Positions 26,283 through 34,329 of a DNA stretch of 64,000 nucleotides are shown here, in pieces. Each line of letters begins with the position of its first letter. Within the stretch, counting starts at the first letter, position 1. Under the pieces are notes generated by a model. The model saw only the letters and a program-made list of their open reading frames with translations. It was not told where the DNA came from and did not search any database. A program made the position numbers and the translations under genes. The stretch is from sequence record MK568540.2; one strand, written 5' to 3'.

Positions 26283-26692
26283 TCATCGAAACAATTAAAA
26301 CAACACGCCTACAAGCTCGTAAAGACCGTAACAACGCAGTTGCGTCTGTACTCGGTGTCATTATGGGTGAACTTGACCGTCGTCAAAAACACGATGACGA
26401 GTCTTGCATCAAAGTAATCTCAAGCGCGATTGACAACAACAAACTTGCTCTTGAACACGCACAAGGCGATCATGTAGACATTCTGAACGCAGAAAACGCA
26501 GTTCTTGAGTCTCTACTACCTGCAAAAATCTCTGAATCAGATCTAGACACGTTCGTTTCTAACTTTGTTCTAGAAACTGGTGCTGATTCTATGCGTGACA
26601 TGGGTAAACTAATGGGCGCTCTAAAAGCTACAGGTAAAGTTTTCGATGGTGGTAAAGCGTCTCAGTTGTTCAAACTAGCAATCGGTCTGTAA
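26279..26692 (+). CDS. YqeY/GatB-like tRNA-binding domain protein
   Basis: ARKDR...ASVL..I.GE, E..VLESLLP..ISE, SMRDMGKLMGALK. Confidence 0.88.
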   Translation: MIIETIKTTRLQARKDRNNAVASVLGVIMGELDRRQKHDDESCIKVISSAIDNNKLALEHAQGDHVDILNAENAVLESLLPAKISESDLDTFVSNFVLETGADSMRDMGKLMGALKATGKVFDGGKASQLFKLAIGL

Positions 26693-26693
26693 T

Positions 26694-26858
26694 ATGCAGA
26701 CTGATTACATTAAATACAAAGTAGTGCATGGCAATAATTCAAGAACTTTTGAAGAGGAAGTGCAGAAACTACTTAACGAGGGATGGGAACTTCATGGCTC
26801 TTTACAAGTCGATGGGTTTTATCTCTACCAATCACTTATAAAAAAGGGGTTAGACTAA
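26694..26858 (+). CDS. small protein (DUF1737-like, 54 aa), not in ORF track
   Basis: MQTDYIKYKVVHGNNSRTFEEEVQKLLNEGWELHGSLQVDGFYLYQSLIKKGLD; YKVV...V..LL.EGW.L.G...YQ pattern. Confidence 0.7.
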   Translation: MQTDYIKYKVVHGNNSRTFEEEVQKLLNEGWELHGSLQVDGFYLYQSLIKKGLD

Positions 26859-27028
26859 TGGCACATTGTGTTGTATGTAAACAACCTATTAAAGAAGGCG
26901 ATGTCACTATTGATACGCCACAAGGCACAGTTCACGCAGGTCAATGTCAGCAACATTTATCAGAAATGTCTATTTCTGAGTCTGGTGGCGAAACGCAACT
27001 TGTAGAAACACAACTGCTAAACGGGTAA
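26858..27028 (+). CDS. uvsY.-2: UvsY.-2-like conserved small protein
   Basis: CVVCK.PI......T..G.VH.G.C.....E..ISES...QL.ETQLL matches the T4 uvsY.-2 pattern; start at MAHC. Confidence 0.85.
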   Translation: MAHCVVCKQPIKEGDVTIDTPQGTVHAGQCQQHLSEMSISESGGETQLVETQLLNG

Positions 27029-27032
27029 AGAT

Positions 27033-27143
27033 ATGAGCAAGAATCGTAAACGAGATCGCGGGTTCTTCGACTGGCTATGGGCGCCATTTGAATTATTTTT
27101 TGAGTTAATCGGTGCGATTCTCTCAGCAATCTTTTCAGACTAA
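27033..27143 (+). CDS. small membrane peptide (36 aa), not in ORF track
   Basis: MSKNRKRDRGFFDWLWAPFELFFELIGAILSAIFSD: basic N-terminus and hydrophobic helix; ends at the terminator. Confidence 0.6.
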   Translation: MSKNRKRDRGFFDWLWAPFELFFELIGAILSAIFSD

Positions 27144-27144
27144 T

Positions 27145-27173
27145 AAAAAAAGGGAGCAATTTGCTCCCTTTTT
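27145..27173. terminator. bidirectional terminator between the uvsY operon and uvsW
   Basis: A-run, GGGAGC/GCTCCC stem, T-run. Confidence 0.9.
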
Positions 27174-27178
27174 CGTAT

Positions 27179-28711
27179 CTATGCGGCAAGATCTACTTTC
27201 TTGACTGCGTATTTGAACTCTTCTTGGTTGTAAAGCTCAATACGTTGCATACCATGCTTCATAGTATAATTTACGTGAGTGTACGGCTTCTTAGCGTTCT
27301 TACGTTTCGGCTTGATTGCCAAGTTGTCGATAATGTCAAACAGCTTCGCCGTAACTTTCGAACCGTGTTTACGTAGAATACGACCAATCGACTGCAAGTT
27401 GATGATCTTACTCTTCGTTGGGTGTGCGAAAATTACATTGTGTAGTTTCTTGATACTGATACCAGTCGAGAATACACCGTATGATGCGACAATGATCGCC
27501 CCATCAATATCTTCTGCAATCTTCTTCACATGCGTACGGTCGTCTGTTTTAGTCTCACCAGATACGTAGAACACTTTCTCTGGGTCATATACGCTCTTCA
27601 ACGCTTCGTAAAGCAATTTACCGTGTTTGATGTTCTTGAATAGCAATAACGTATTTTCGCCTTTCTTCGCGCTTAAATGATGCGCAAGCTTAATCAAGTA
27701 ACGATTTCGCTGCTTGTTCTCAAGAATGAATTTCATTTCTTCTTGATATGAACTACCTTTCATCTCGTCACGTAACGGCTGTGGGTATTCAAGCATCAAG
27801 CAATTGATCTTCAGATCTGTTACTTGCCCTTCTTCCATTAGCTGTGCAGTTGAAACAGGTCGGAAAATATCACCGAATGAACCAACGTACTGTAGAATAT
27901 TCGCTTTACCGTCTCGAAGTGAGCCAGTAAGACCGATTTTGTATTCACAGTTTGTCATTTTCTTGATTATACCGTCTAATGACTTACCTGTTGCTAAGTG
28001 ACACTCATCGACTAAAAGCATACCGAATTGGTCAAACCATTCTTTCGGTTGTTTTACAGCAGATTGCCATGTAGATACAACGATTCGGCAGTCACCGATT
28101 GCGTCTCGATCAACACCACCACGAATCTGATAAATGTCGCTGTGTTCGAATAAACGATAATCTAAGAAGTCATCGCGCATTTGCTGAACAAGTGCAGTTG
28201 TAGGTACAATCACTAATACTTTCTGAAGTTCGTGCTCTTCTTGTGCTAAGAACCATTTAGTAATCAGCGACTGAATTAATGATTTACCCGCAGATGTTGG
28301 TAGATTCAATAGACTGTGTTGGTTGTTAATTCCGTGAAACACAGAGTCCATCTGATACCAATACGGTGAAATCTTATTCGACCCTGAGTAGATGTCAATA
28401 GACTCAACCCATGCTTCGAAATCTTCACGAGAAATTTTCTCAATCGGATCTAGCATTGGATCGGTTTCAATCGTATACATCATATTTGATGCAAACGCTT
28501 TAGCTTGTCCGACTAGACCGTATGGCAATAGACCTTGATACGTCATTAGTCGAATTTTGCCATCCCAAATGCCCATTTTAAATTTTGGGTTAAATTTGTA
28601 CCCATCTGTTAGAAATGAGAAATAGTCAATCATTTCGTGAGTGATGCTTGGCTCGGCTACGACTCTCGCATAACTCTCATCGTGGTACTCAATTTTAATG
28701 TCACATGTCAT
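27179..28711 (-). CDS. uvsW: SF2 RNA-DNA/DNA helicase
   Basis: LPTSAGKS, VDECH, GLTGS, QSIGR.LR; start at MTCDIKIEY (the longer start crosses the promoter). Confidence 0.97.
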   Translation of the reverse strand: MTCDIKIEYHDESYARVVAEPSITHEMIDYFSFLTDGYKFNPKFKMGIWDGKIRLMTYQGLLPYGLVGQAKAFASNMMYTIETDPMLDPIEKISREDFEAWVESIDIYSGSNKISPYWYQMDSVFHGINNQHSLLNLPTSAGKSLIQSLITKWFLAQEEHELQKVLVIVPTTALVQQMRDDFLDYRLFEHSDIYQIRGGVDRDAIGDCRIVVSTWQSAVKQPKEWFDQFGMLLVDECHLATGKSLDGIIKKMTNCEYKIGLTGSLRDGKANILQYVGSFGDIFRPVSTAQLMEEGQVTDLKINCLMLEYPQPLRDEMKGSSYQEEMKFILENKQRNRYLIKLAHHLSAKKGENTLLLFKNIKHGKLLYEALKSVYDPEKVFYVSGETKTDDRTHVKKIAEDIDGAIIVASYGVFSTGISIKKLHNVIFAHPTKSKIINLQSIGRILRKHGSKVTAKLFDIIDNLAIKPKRKNAKKPYTHVNYTMKHGMQRIELYNQEEFKYAVKKVDLAA

Positions 28712-28737
28712 GATTTTTCTCTCTATGCGAGTTTTGT

Positions 28738-28762
28738 CTAAATATGTATAACTGTATTTATA
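28738..28762. promoter_or_regulatory. divergent late promoters
   Basis: CTAAATA on plus (28738-28744) and TATAAATA on minus (28755-28762). Confidence 0.7.
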
Positions 28763-28775
28763 GAGGTCTAAATTC

Positions 28776-28985
28776 ATGACAAGAGACGAAATGTTTTACA
28801 AGATGAAAGATGGTTGCTTTAAGTTTGAGCATAAAGGCAAGAAATATCACGCGACTTTATGCAAGCATTATCTACCACATCTTGATTGCAATCGAGAAGA
28901 ACAACGTAAAAATGAAAACGGTGCAGATAATGAACTTACATTTTTCGATTTAAATCGAAATGTGTGGGTAACAATTGAATGCTAA
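28776..28985 (+). CDS. small SH3-like protein (WYL_2/DUF2693-like)
   Basis: F....G....ATL...Y.P ... FFDL..NVW pattern. Confidence 0.5.
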   Translation: MTRDEMFYKMKDGCFKFEHKGKKYHATLCKHYLPHLDCNREEQRKNENGADNELTFFDLNRNVWVTIEC

Positions 28986-28994
28986 GGTAAAACT

Positions 28995-29507
28995 ATGATT
29001 AAAGAATATCTAAAGAAACAAACCAAGCGCGTAGTTGCAGAATTTGCAAAAGAGTACTACGACATCGAACTTGATAAATCGCTGACTAAAAGCAAGATGA
29101 TCGACGAGTTATTCACACACGAGCTACGCGAGGTTAAAGAACTACCACTAGAATGCTCTGTAATCGAGTCTGAGACGCGCTGTGAATCAGTCGATGAATC
29201 GGACGCGATTGTAGTCAAAGAGCTTTCAGACGACGTTAAGAAAGAATTAGAAGGTGTTTCTGCTAATGCCCCTTTAGGTGATGAAAACGTAACATTAGTA
29301 ATCAAGGACGAATTCAAGCCTAAATGGATGCCTACTTATCGCCGTGGTGATGAGCTATATCAGCCAGTTGCGCATGATGTGATTCATGATTGGAATATAG
29401 GTCGACGCGACTCTCACGAATTGAAGACGATTGAATATTGGGTTAAGCGAAATGGTCATCTTTTAGTTCACGACCGTCTTTCGAACAGCTTCATTTATCT
29501 GAGGTAA
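28995..29507 (+). CDS. Inh-like paralogue
   Basis: EFAKEYYDIELDKS..K..M shared with 34330-34827; C-terminus IEYWVKRNGHLLVHDRLSNSFIYLR. Confidence 0.75.
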   Translation: MIKEYLKKQTKRVVAEFAKEYYDIELDKSLTKSKMIDELFTHELREVKELPLECSVIESETRCESVDESDAIVVKELSDDVKKELEGVSANAPLGDENVTLVIKDEFKPKWMPTYRRGDELYQPVAHDVIHDWNIGRRDSHELKTIEYWVKRNGHLLVHDRLSNSFIYLR

Positions 29508-29510
29508 TTT

Positions 29511-29999
29511 ATGTTACGATTTAATGAATATGAAAACACGCTTTACGGTATCGAACTGAGTTTATCACTTGAAGAGGGGTGGGGTAATCATAACCTAGCC
29601 AAACTAATCCCTGAGCCGAAAATCGATGAGTTACTAGAAACGAAACCGAAGCACCCGTGGAAGATTGCTGCGAATGCTGCTCAATACCAGAACTTGCTCT
29701 TCAATATTGATTCAAGTCGAATCGTATTCAAGAACACTGTATATCAAGTTGCGTATCTAGGTAACTTATACCCGCCAGAAGAAGTCGGTAAACCTGAAGG
29801 TGGGTATAAGTTCGCAGTTAAAAAGTCGATTTATCACTCACACCCTAGTAGTGAATTTTATTCAGGGAAAAACCCAAAAGACCCTAAGTTAAATGATACT
29901 ATTTCATTGGTCTGGTGGTTTCAGAGAGGTACAATCGTATTCGACTTATGGAAGCATAGCGAATATGATGAAAAACTTGAGAGATGGCGAAGAAAGTAG
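29511..29999 (+). CDS. hypothetical late protein, putative head-packaged HigB/RelE-like fold
   Basis: M.RFNEYE...LEE leader; C-terminal LVWWF....IVFDLWKHSEYDEK. Confidence 0.55.
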   Translation: MLRFNEYENTLYGIELSLSLEEGWGNHNLAKLIPEPKIDELLETKPKHPWKIAANAAQYQNLLFNIDSSRIVFKNTVYQVAYLGNLYPPEEVGKPEGGYKFAVKKSIYHSHPSSEFYSGKNPKDPKLNDTISLVWWFQRGTIVFDLWKHSEYDEKLERWRRK

Positions 30000-30028
30000 T
30001 TGACAACTCAAATGTTTTTGCTTATTAT
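30000..30028 (+). promoter_or_regulatory. early sigma70-type promoter
   Basis: TTGACA-17-TATTAT. Confidence 0.85.
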
Positions 30029-30065
30029 AGTCATCGTTAACACAACATAACTAAGAGAGCAGAAT

Positions 30066-30332
30066 ATGAACAAACTCGAAACAGCTTTTGCTGAACATAA
30101 CGCTGTACAAGTTCCTGTTGAAAAACCTAGAGAGTTTTATACACCGTGTGGCGTTAAATTCACAACTGAACCGATGTTTAATACTGCAACTGGTAAATAT
30201 GACAGTATTTTATATTCATTTGATACTGGTGAAAAAATAATTGTTGACGATGAACTTGACAGCTTTCATGAAGCATATCAAGAATTCACTGGCAAGACAT
30301 TCATGGCTATTCAAGAGCCAATCGTAATTTAA
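30066..30332 (+). CDS. hypothetical early protein
   Basis: AAGAGAG RBS after an early promoter. Confidence 0.8.
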   Translation: MNKLETAFAEHNAVQVPVEKPREFYTPCGVKFTTEPMFNTATGKYDSILYSFDTGEKIIVDDELDSFHEAYQEFTGKTFMAIQEPIVI

Positions 30333-30347
30333 TGAGAGAAATATATT

Positions 30348-30974
30348 ATGAAAGATTTAGACATCGTACGTAAAGCACTTGCAACTAACGAGTCACCTAA
30401 GCGTCGTAACTTCCGCAAAGCAGTAATTCAATTGCTTGAAAAGCGTGACTTGACAGTTGCAGAGATTGTATATTCACTTAATGGTGGTGAATATGATGAG
30501 CGTCTTCGTCGTCGTGTTCAAGCTAACGTTCAGAATGCACCTGAAATCATGGTCACTCGATTCGAAACGTTCGGTCACACCGAGATTCCTGTATACACGT
30601 TGAAAGGTGACGGTAAATTAGAAGTACTCATGCCAAAACGCGAGTCGCCACGTAAGCCTGTATTAGGGATGGAATCTCTATTGACACGTGTTCTCAATCT
30701 TGGTCTGGGGCGTGCAGTAGCTGTTGCGGGTCCACAAGCGGTTGATGCATTTAAAAAACTTGAACCGAAACAGCAAGCTCGTTATATTTCAACGCTTGCA
30801 TTGTCAGATCACGCACGTTCTATTCTTACGCTTGTACATAGCGCGAACTTGTCAAAAGAGCAGTTGAAAGAACTGAACGTTAAACAACTTGTTCGTCAGA
30901 ATGCATCGTATGTTGTAGCGAAACTACACGGTTCAACTGCGTTTTTCGACAATATCAAATCAGTATACGGTTAA
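30348..30974 (+). CDS. hypothetical protein, possible winged-helix N-terminus
   Basis: RKAVIQLLEKRDLTVAEIVYSL...RRVQANV...YTL resembles a wHTH. Confidence 0.6.
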   Translation: MKDLDIVRKALATNESPKRRNFRKAVIQLLEKRDLTVAEIVYSLNGGEYDERLRRRVQANVQNAPEIMVTRFETFGHTEIPVYTLKGDGKLEVLMPKRESPRKPVLGMESLLTRVLNLGLGRAVAVAGPQAVDAFKKLEPKQQARYISTLALSDHARSILTLVHSANLSKEQLKELNVKQLVRQNASYVVAKLHGSTAFFDNIKSVYG

Positions 30975-30986
30975 ATTAACCAATTT

Positions 30987-31014
30987 AAAAGGGTGACTTC
31001 GGTCGCCCTTTTTT
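30987..31014 (+). terminator. intrinsic terminator
   Basis: GGGTGAC-TTCG-GTCGCCC-TTTTTT. Confidence 0.9.
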
Positions 31015-31023
31015 CGTTTGCGT

Positions 31024-31030
31024 CTAAATA
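31024..31030 (+). promoter_or_regulatory. late promoter
   Basis: CTAAATA between the terminator and the RBS. Confidence 0.65.
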
Positions 31031-31052
31031 ATAGTAAACAAAGGGGTTAACA

Positions 31053-31646
31053 ATGATAGAATTTTTAACAGAAATGGACAAAGCTAAACAAACCGGTAGA
31101 TGGGCTCAATTTAAAGCAGCAACATCGGGTTCGAAAGGTGAAGTTAAAAAGCGTATGCAGCGCAAAGGTGGCTTCTGGGGTGTGTTTGCAGGTTTGATCG
31201 CGAGTGCGACAGCATCGGGTGAACTTAGAAAGCACAATAAGTCACTAGAAGACCATAAGCTAAGAATGGAGCGTGCAGCAGTGAACACAATTCACAGTCT
31301 GAATGTTCTTAAAGACGTAATCGAGCTTGAACGTCCTCGTGACGAAGTAATGAAAGCTGCAAAGCGTTTAAAGCTTGATAACATGGAAATGAAGAAATAC
31401 GCAACCGAAATGATTCGTGTCGTAGATGAATACAAGCGTGTTCATGACGAAGATAAGAAGGCAGGTGCGTTTCGTTTTAATGTGAAAGAATACGACCGTC
31501 ATGATTTTCGTGAGATTTACCATCACTTGAACATGATTGAAGATAGCACATTTTACGTCGATAAAGCAGCGTCATCGGCTATGACTGGCGATACTGAATA
31601 CGCAATTCGTATGATTCGCAATATTACAAACGCAGCAACGAGGTAA
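31053..31646 (+). CDS. hypothetical late protein, putative internal head protein
   Basis: MIEFLTE leader (L-X-E gp21-type site), helical, one hydrophobic segment. Confidence 0.65.
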   Translation: MIEFLTEMDKAKQTGRWAQFKAATSGSKGEVKKRMQRKGGFWGVFAGLIASATASGELRKHNKSLEDHKLRMERAAVNTIHSLNVLKDVIELERPRDEVMKAAKRLKLDNMEMKKYATEMIRVVDEYKRVHDEDKKAGAFRFNVKEYDRHDFREIYHHLNMIEDSTFYVDKAASSAMTGDTEYAIRMIRNITNAATR

Positions 31647-31648
31647 TA

Positions 31649-32569
31649 ATGAGCATAATTTTTGAACGCGCTACATTGAAAACTCGAAAAGGTAGTGCAG
31701 TAAAACGCAGCAAGTGGGGCGTGGGTAAAGACATTGGCGGTTCATTATATGTTCACATTGACTATATACCAGATGAGTTCAAGCAAATGGTTGCTGATGC
31801 TCGTACTCAAGTATCAATTGCAAACCCACAATTTACTCCGAATGTAGTACGAATTGACTACAAGAAAGGTGGAGTTGCCTTCTACGATTCAGTTGAATTT
31901 GATACTGTACAAGAACCAGCCGCGGGTATGATGATTACTTACAGAGACGGTGTTGTTTCTAAACCACGTCAAGTAAACCAAATATGGCATCACAAATGGT
32001 TGTGGGTTGGTGATGATTATAGAGGGTTTGATACTTCTCAGTCATATGACCGCTCGGCTCAGTGGCTAGATCATGACGATATCCCATTTGCCAAGATCGG
32101 TAATAAGAAGACATGGCGTGAATGGTTATCTTCAGTTAACTTGACTGAGGCATTTGACCGACCATCTAAAATACACTGGGTTGAGAAGAGAATTCACAGT
32201 TGGGGTGGTACGTTCACGGTAAACGGGGACGAATACGCGATTGCAATACAGTATCAAGAACAAAACGATGCATGGGAACTTGTGTTCTTAGGTATGAACA
32301 GTTCGGGTGATTATACTTACAGCGCAACAGGTCGAGGCAATATGTATGGTGTGTTTGCGACAGTAATGAGCGGTATGCGTGAATTTATAGACGAGCGAGA
32401 GCCAGAAACAATTTATTTCAGTGCAGAGCGAGATATAAAAAACGACAGTGATTCGAGAATAAAACTATACAATCGTTTAGTAAAACGATATGCTGATACA
32501 TTACCGAATTACACATATAAAACGGTCGAAGGGAAAGTCTCGACTAAAACATATTTCATTAGAAAATAA
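31649..32569 (+). CDS. two-domain hypothetical late protein, putative internal head protein
   Basis: N-domain GK.IGG.LYVH...NVV..D...FD...EP...WHHKW.WV.DDY.GFD; internal NLTE|AF site; C-domain TGRG..Y.VFATV...F.....P..IYF.A...SR.KLY.R. Confidence 0.7.
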   Translation: MSIIFERATLKTRKGSAVKRSKWGVGKDIGGSLYVHIDYIPDEFKQMVADARTQVSIANPQFTPNVVRIDYKKGGVAFYDSVEFDTVQEPAAGMMITYRDGVVSKPRQVNQIWHHKWLWVGDDYRGFDTSQSYDRSAQWLDHDDIPFAKIGNKKTWREWLSSVNLTEAFDRPSKIHWVEKRIHSWGGTFTVNGDEYAIAIQYQEQNDAWELVFLGMNSSGDYTYSATGRGNMYGVFATVMSGMREFIDEREPETIYFSAERDIKNDSDSRIKLYNRLVKRYADTLPNYTYKTVEGKVSTKTYFIRK

Positions 32570-32576
32570 GAGAGCA

Positions 32577-32675
32577 ATGAAAACATTTCAAGATTTTCAT
32601 GAATTCAGCAGATTTCGTACCTGCTTGATAATTAAAAAGCGCATTTTTGCGCTTTTTTTTGTATCTATTGGTTGA
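32577..32675 (+). pseudogene. mini-ORF or relic starting with a capsid-targeting-like sequence
   Basis: AGAG RBS plus MKTFQDFHE (compare T4 IP leader MKTYQEFIAE); frame runs through the terminator into the next promoter. Confidence 0.45.
32634..32660 (+). terminator. intrinsic terminator
   Basis: AAAAAGCGCA-TTTT-TGCGCTTTTTTTT. Confidence 0.85.
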
Positions 32676-32700
32676 CGACAACACCAAAAAGCCGTAATAT
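32672..32700 (+). promoter_or_regulatory. early sigma70-type promoter
   Basis: TTGACG-17-TAATAT, followed by AAGAGAG RBS. Confidence 0.85.
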
Positions 32701-32742
32701 CTCTATCAACGAAACGAATCGTCCATTACAAGAGAGAACATT

Positions 32743-33927
32743 ATGACTTCACTAAACAAATTCGAAAACACTTACACAATCAAATCAATCTACATGAGCG
32801 AGTTTGAAGCGCGTATTGCATCTACTAACAAGATTGCAAAACGTCTCGGTGTTGCTGAAATTACATTTGAGTTCGGTGAAGTGTACTCAAAAGTCATTAT
32901 TATCAATCACCAAAAGCATCGTGAATACTACGTTGATGTTACTATTCGCGGTGAATACCCGTCAACTAAAGGTTGGTCTTTCTTGACTCAACTTGACCAC
33001 GCGACAAATCTTATTCGTTCAAACAACGAAACAAATCACCGTCATCTTCTAGGCGACACAACATGCGATCACTGTAACTCTAATCGTCAACGCAATGTAA
33101 CTTACGTCATTCAGAATGAAGAGACTAAAGAAGAAATGCGCGTCGGTGGTTCATGCTTGAAATACTACTTGCCGACTAAATCTATCGACTCACTAGCGAC
33201 GTTCTACACTGCAATCGCTGATTTCGGTGATGAAGAGTCTTGGGGTGGTGGTTCTCGTAAAATTTCATATAACGCGCTTCAGATTCTTGCTTGGGCTGCT
33301 ATGTATGTTGAACACAAAGGTTGTTATCACGGTGGCGGTGTGACTCGTCAATGGGTTCTTGACATGATTAATGCAGGTACACCTGCACTTCGTACCGAAC
33401 GCGATGCAATGTTAGATGAATATGATTACGACAATTGTGAAGAGCAAGCAAAAGAGATTTTAGAATGGGTTGCAACTCAAGAAGCGACTAACGATTTCAT
33501 GCATAACGTCATCGCGTCTTGTTCTGCACCATTCATCGAGTACAAACAAACTGGTTACATTGCAGCGGCTATCTTAGCTTTCAACAAAGCAAAAGAGCGC
33601 GAGATTCTAGCTAAACGAGAAGCTGAACGTAAAGCAGATTTGCCAGAATCTGAGTACGTCGGTACTATCAAAAAACGCGAGAACTTTAATGTCACTCTTG
33701 AAGCGGTTATCGTTTCTGAAGGCTACTACGGTGACACGTTCATTCACAAGTTTCGCGATGAACAAAACAATCTAATCGTGTGGTTTGGTTCAAAGCGTCT
33801 ACGTGATAACGACGGCGAAGCGATTGAGAAAGGCGTTTCAGTAACTGTAAAAGCGACTGTAAAAGCGCACGAAGAGTTTCGCGACGAAAAACAGACAATC
33901 GTACAGCGTGTAGCGTTCGTCGCTTAG
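32743..33927 (+). CDS. conserved phage protein with a Zn-binding motif and C-terminal OB-fold-like domain
   Basis: CDHC...R....Y......VG.SC; C-terminal YVG..K.R...G.YG...IHKF.D...N..VWF ... VKATVK.H.EF...KQT...R. Confidence 0.75.
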   Translation: MTSLNKFENTYTIKSIYMSEFEARIASTNKIAKRLGVAEITFEFGEVYSKVIIINHQKHREYYVDVTIRGEYPSTKGWSFLTQLDHATNLIRSNNETNHRHLLGDTTCDHCNSNRQRNVTYVIQNEETKEEMRVGGSCLKYYLPTKSIDSLATFYTAIADFGDEESWGGGSRKISYNALQILAWAAMYVEHKGCYHGGGVTRQWVLDMINAGTPALRTERDAMLDEYDYDNCEEQAKEILEWVATQEATNDFMHNVIASCSAPFIEYKQTGYIAAAILAFNKAKEREILAKREAERKADLPESEYVGTIKKRENFNVTLEAVIVSEGYYGDTFIHKFRDEQNNLIVWFGSKRLRDNDGEAIEKGVSVTVKATVKAHEEFRDEKQTIVQRVAFVA

Positions 33928-33955
33928 AAACGCATACAGCTCGATTTAGAGACAC

Positions 33956-33984
33956 AAAAAAAGCCCGCACTTAGCGGGCTTTTT
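33956..33984. terminator. bidirectional terminator
   Basis: A-run, GCCCGC/GCGGGC stem, T-run, between convergent genes. Confidence 0.9.
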
Positions 33985-33985
33985 A

Positions 33986-34321
33986 TTATTCAGCAGGTGT
34001 AGTAACAGTCCAAGCGATTCGGAAGAATCGGCTATTGGTATGTTCTCTGCAAAGTGTAGTTGTTGAATCAACCGCGCCTGCAAGAATGTCAACGCATTCT
34101 TGAGAAAGACCAGTAATTGAACTCAACGGACTAGCAGTTTCAATCGCAGCTTTAAGCTCTTCATAAGTTTGCTTGTCTACGATAATGTAAGATTCGCCTG
34201 AGTGATTAAGCACAGACGTAGTTACATCATCGTACCCACTTTTCGCAGCGTCTGCCGCTGCTACAGTCGCATCATCAAGTTCGACTGCAAGGTTCATATC
34301 AGTATAGATTGGTGTTGTCAT
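33986..34321 (-). CDS. hypothetical protein with Inh/Hoc C-terminal-like motif
   Basis: DILAGAVDSTTTLCREHTNSRFFRI aligns with Inh SILHYVEKDGKVLVRETRNSQFITI. Confidence 0.6.
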   Translation of the reverse strand: MTTPIYTDMNLAVELDDATVAAADAAKSGYDDVTTSVLNHSGESYIIVDKQTYEELKAAIETASPLSSITGLSQECVDILAGAVDSTTTLCREHTNSRFFRIAWTVTTPAE

Positions 34322-34329
34322 TTCAGTTC

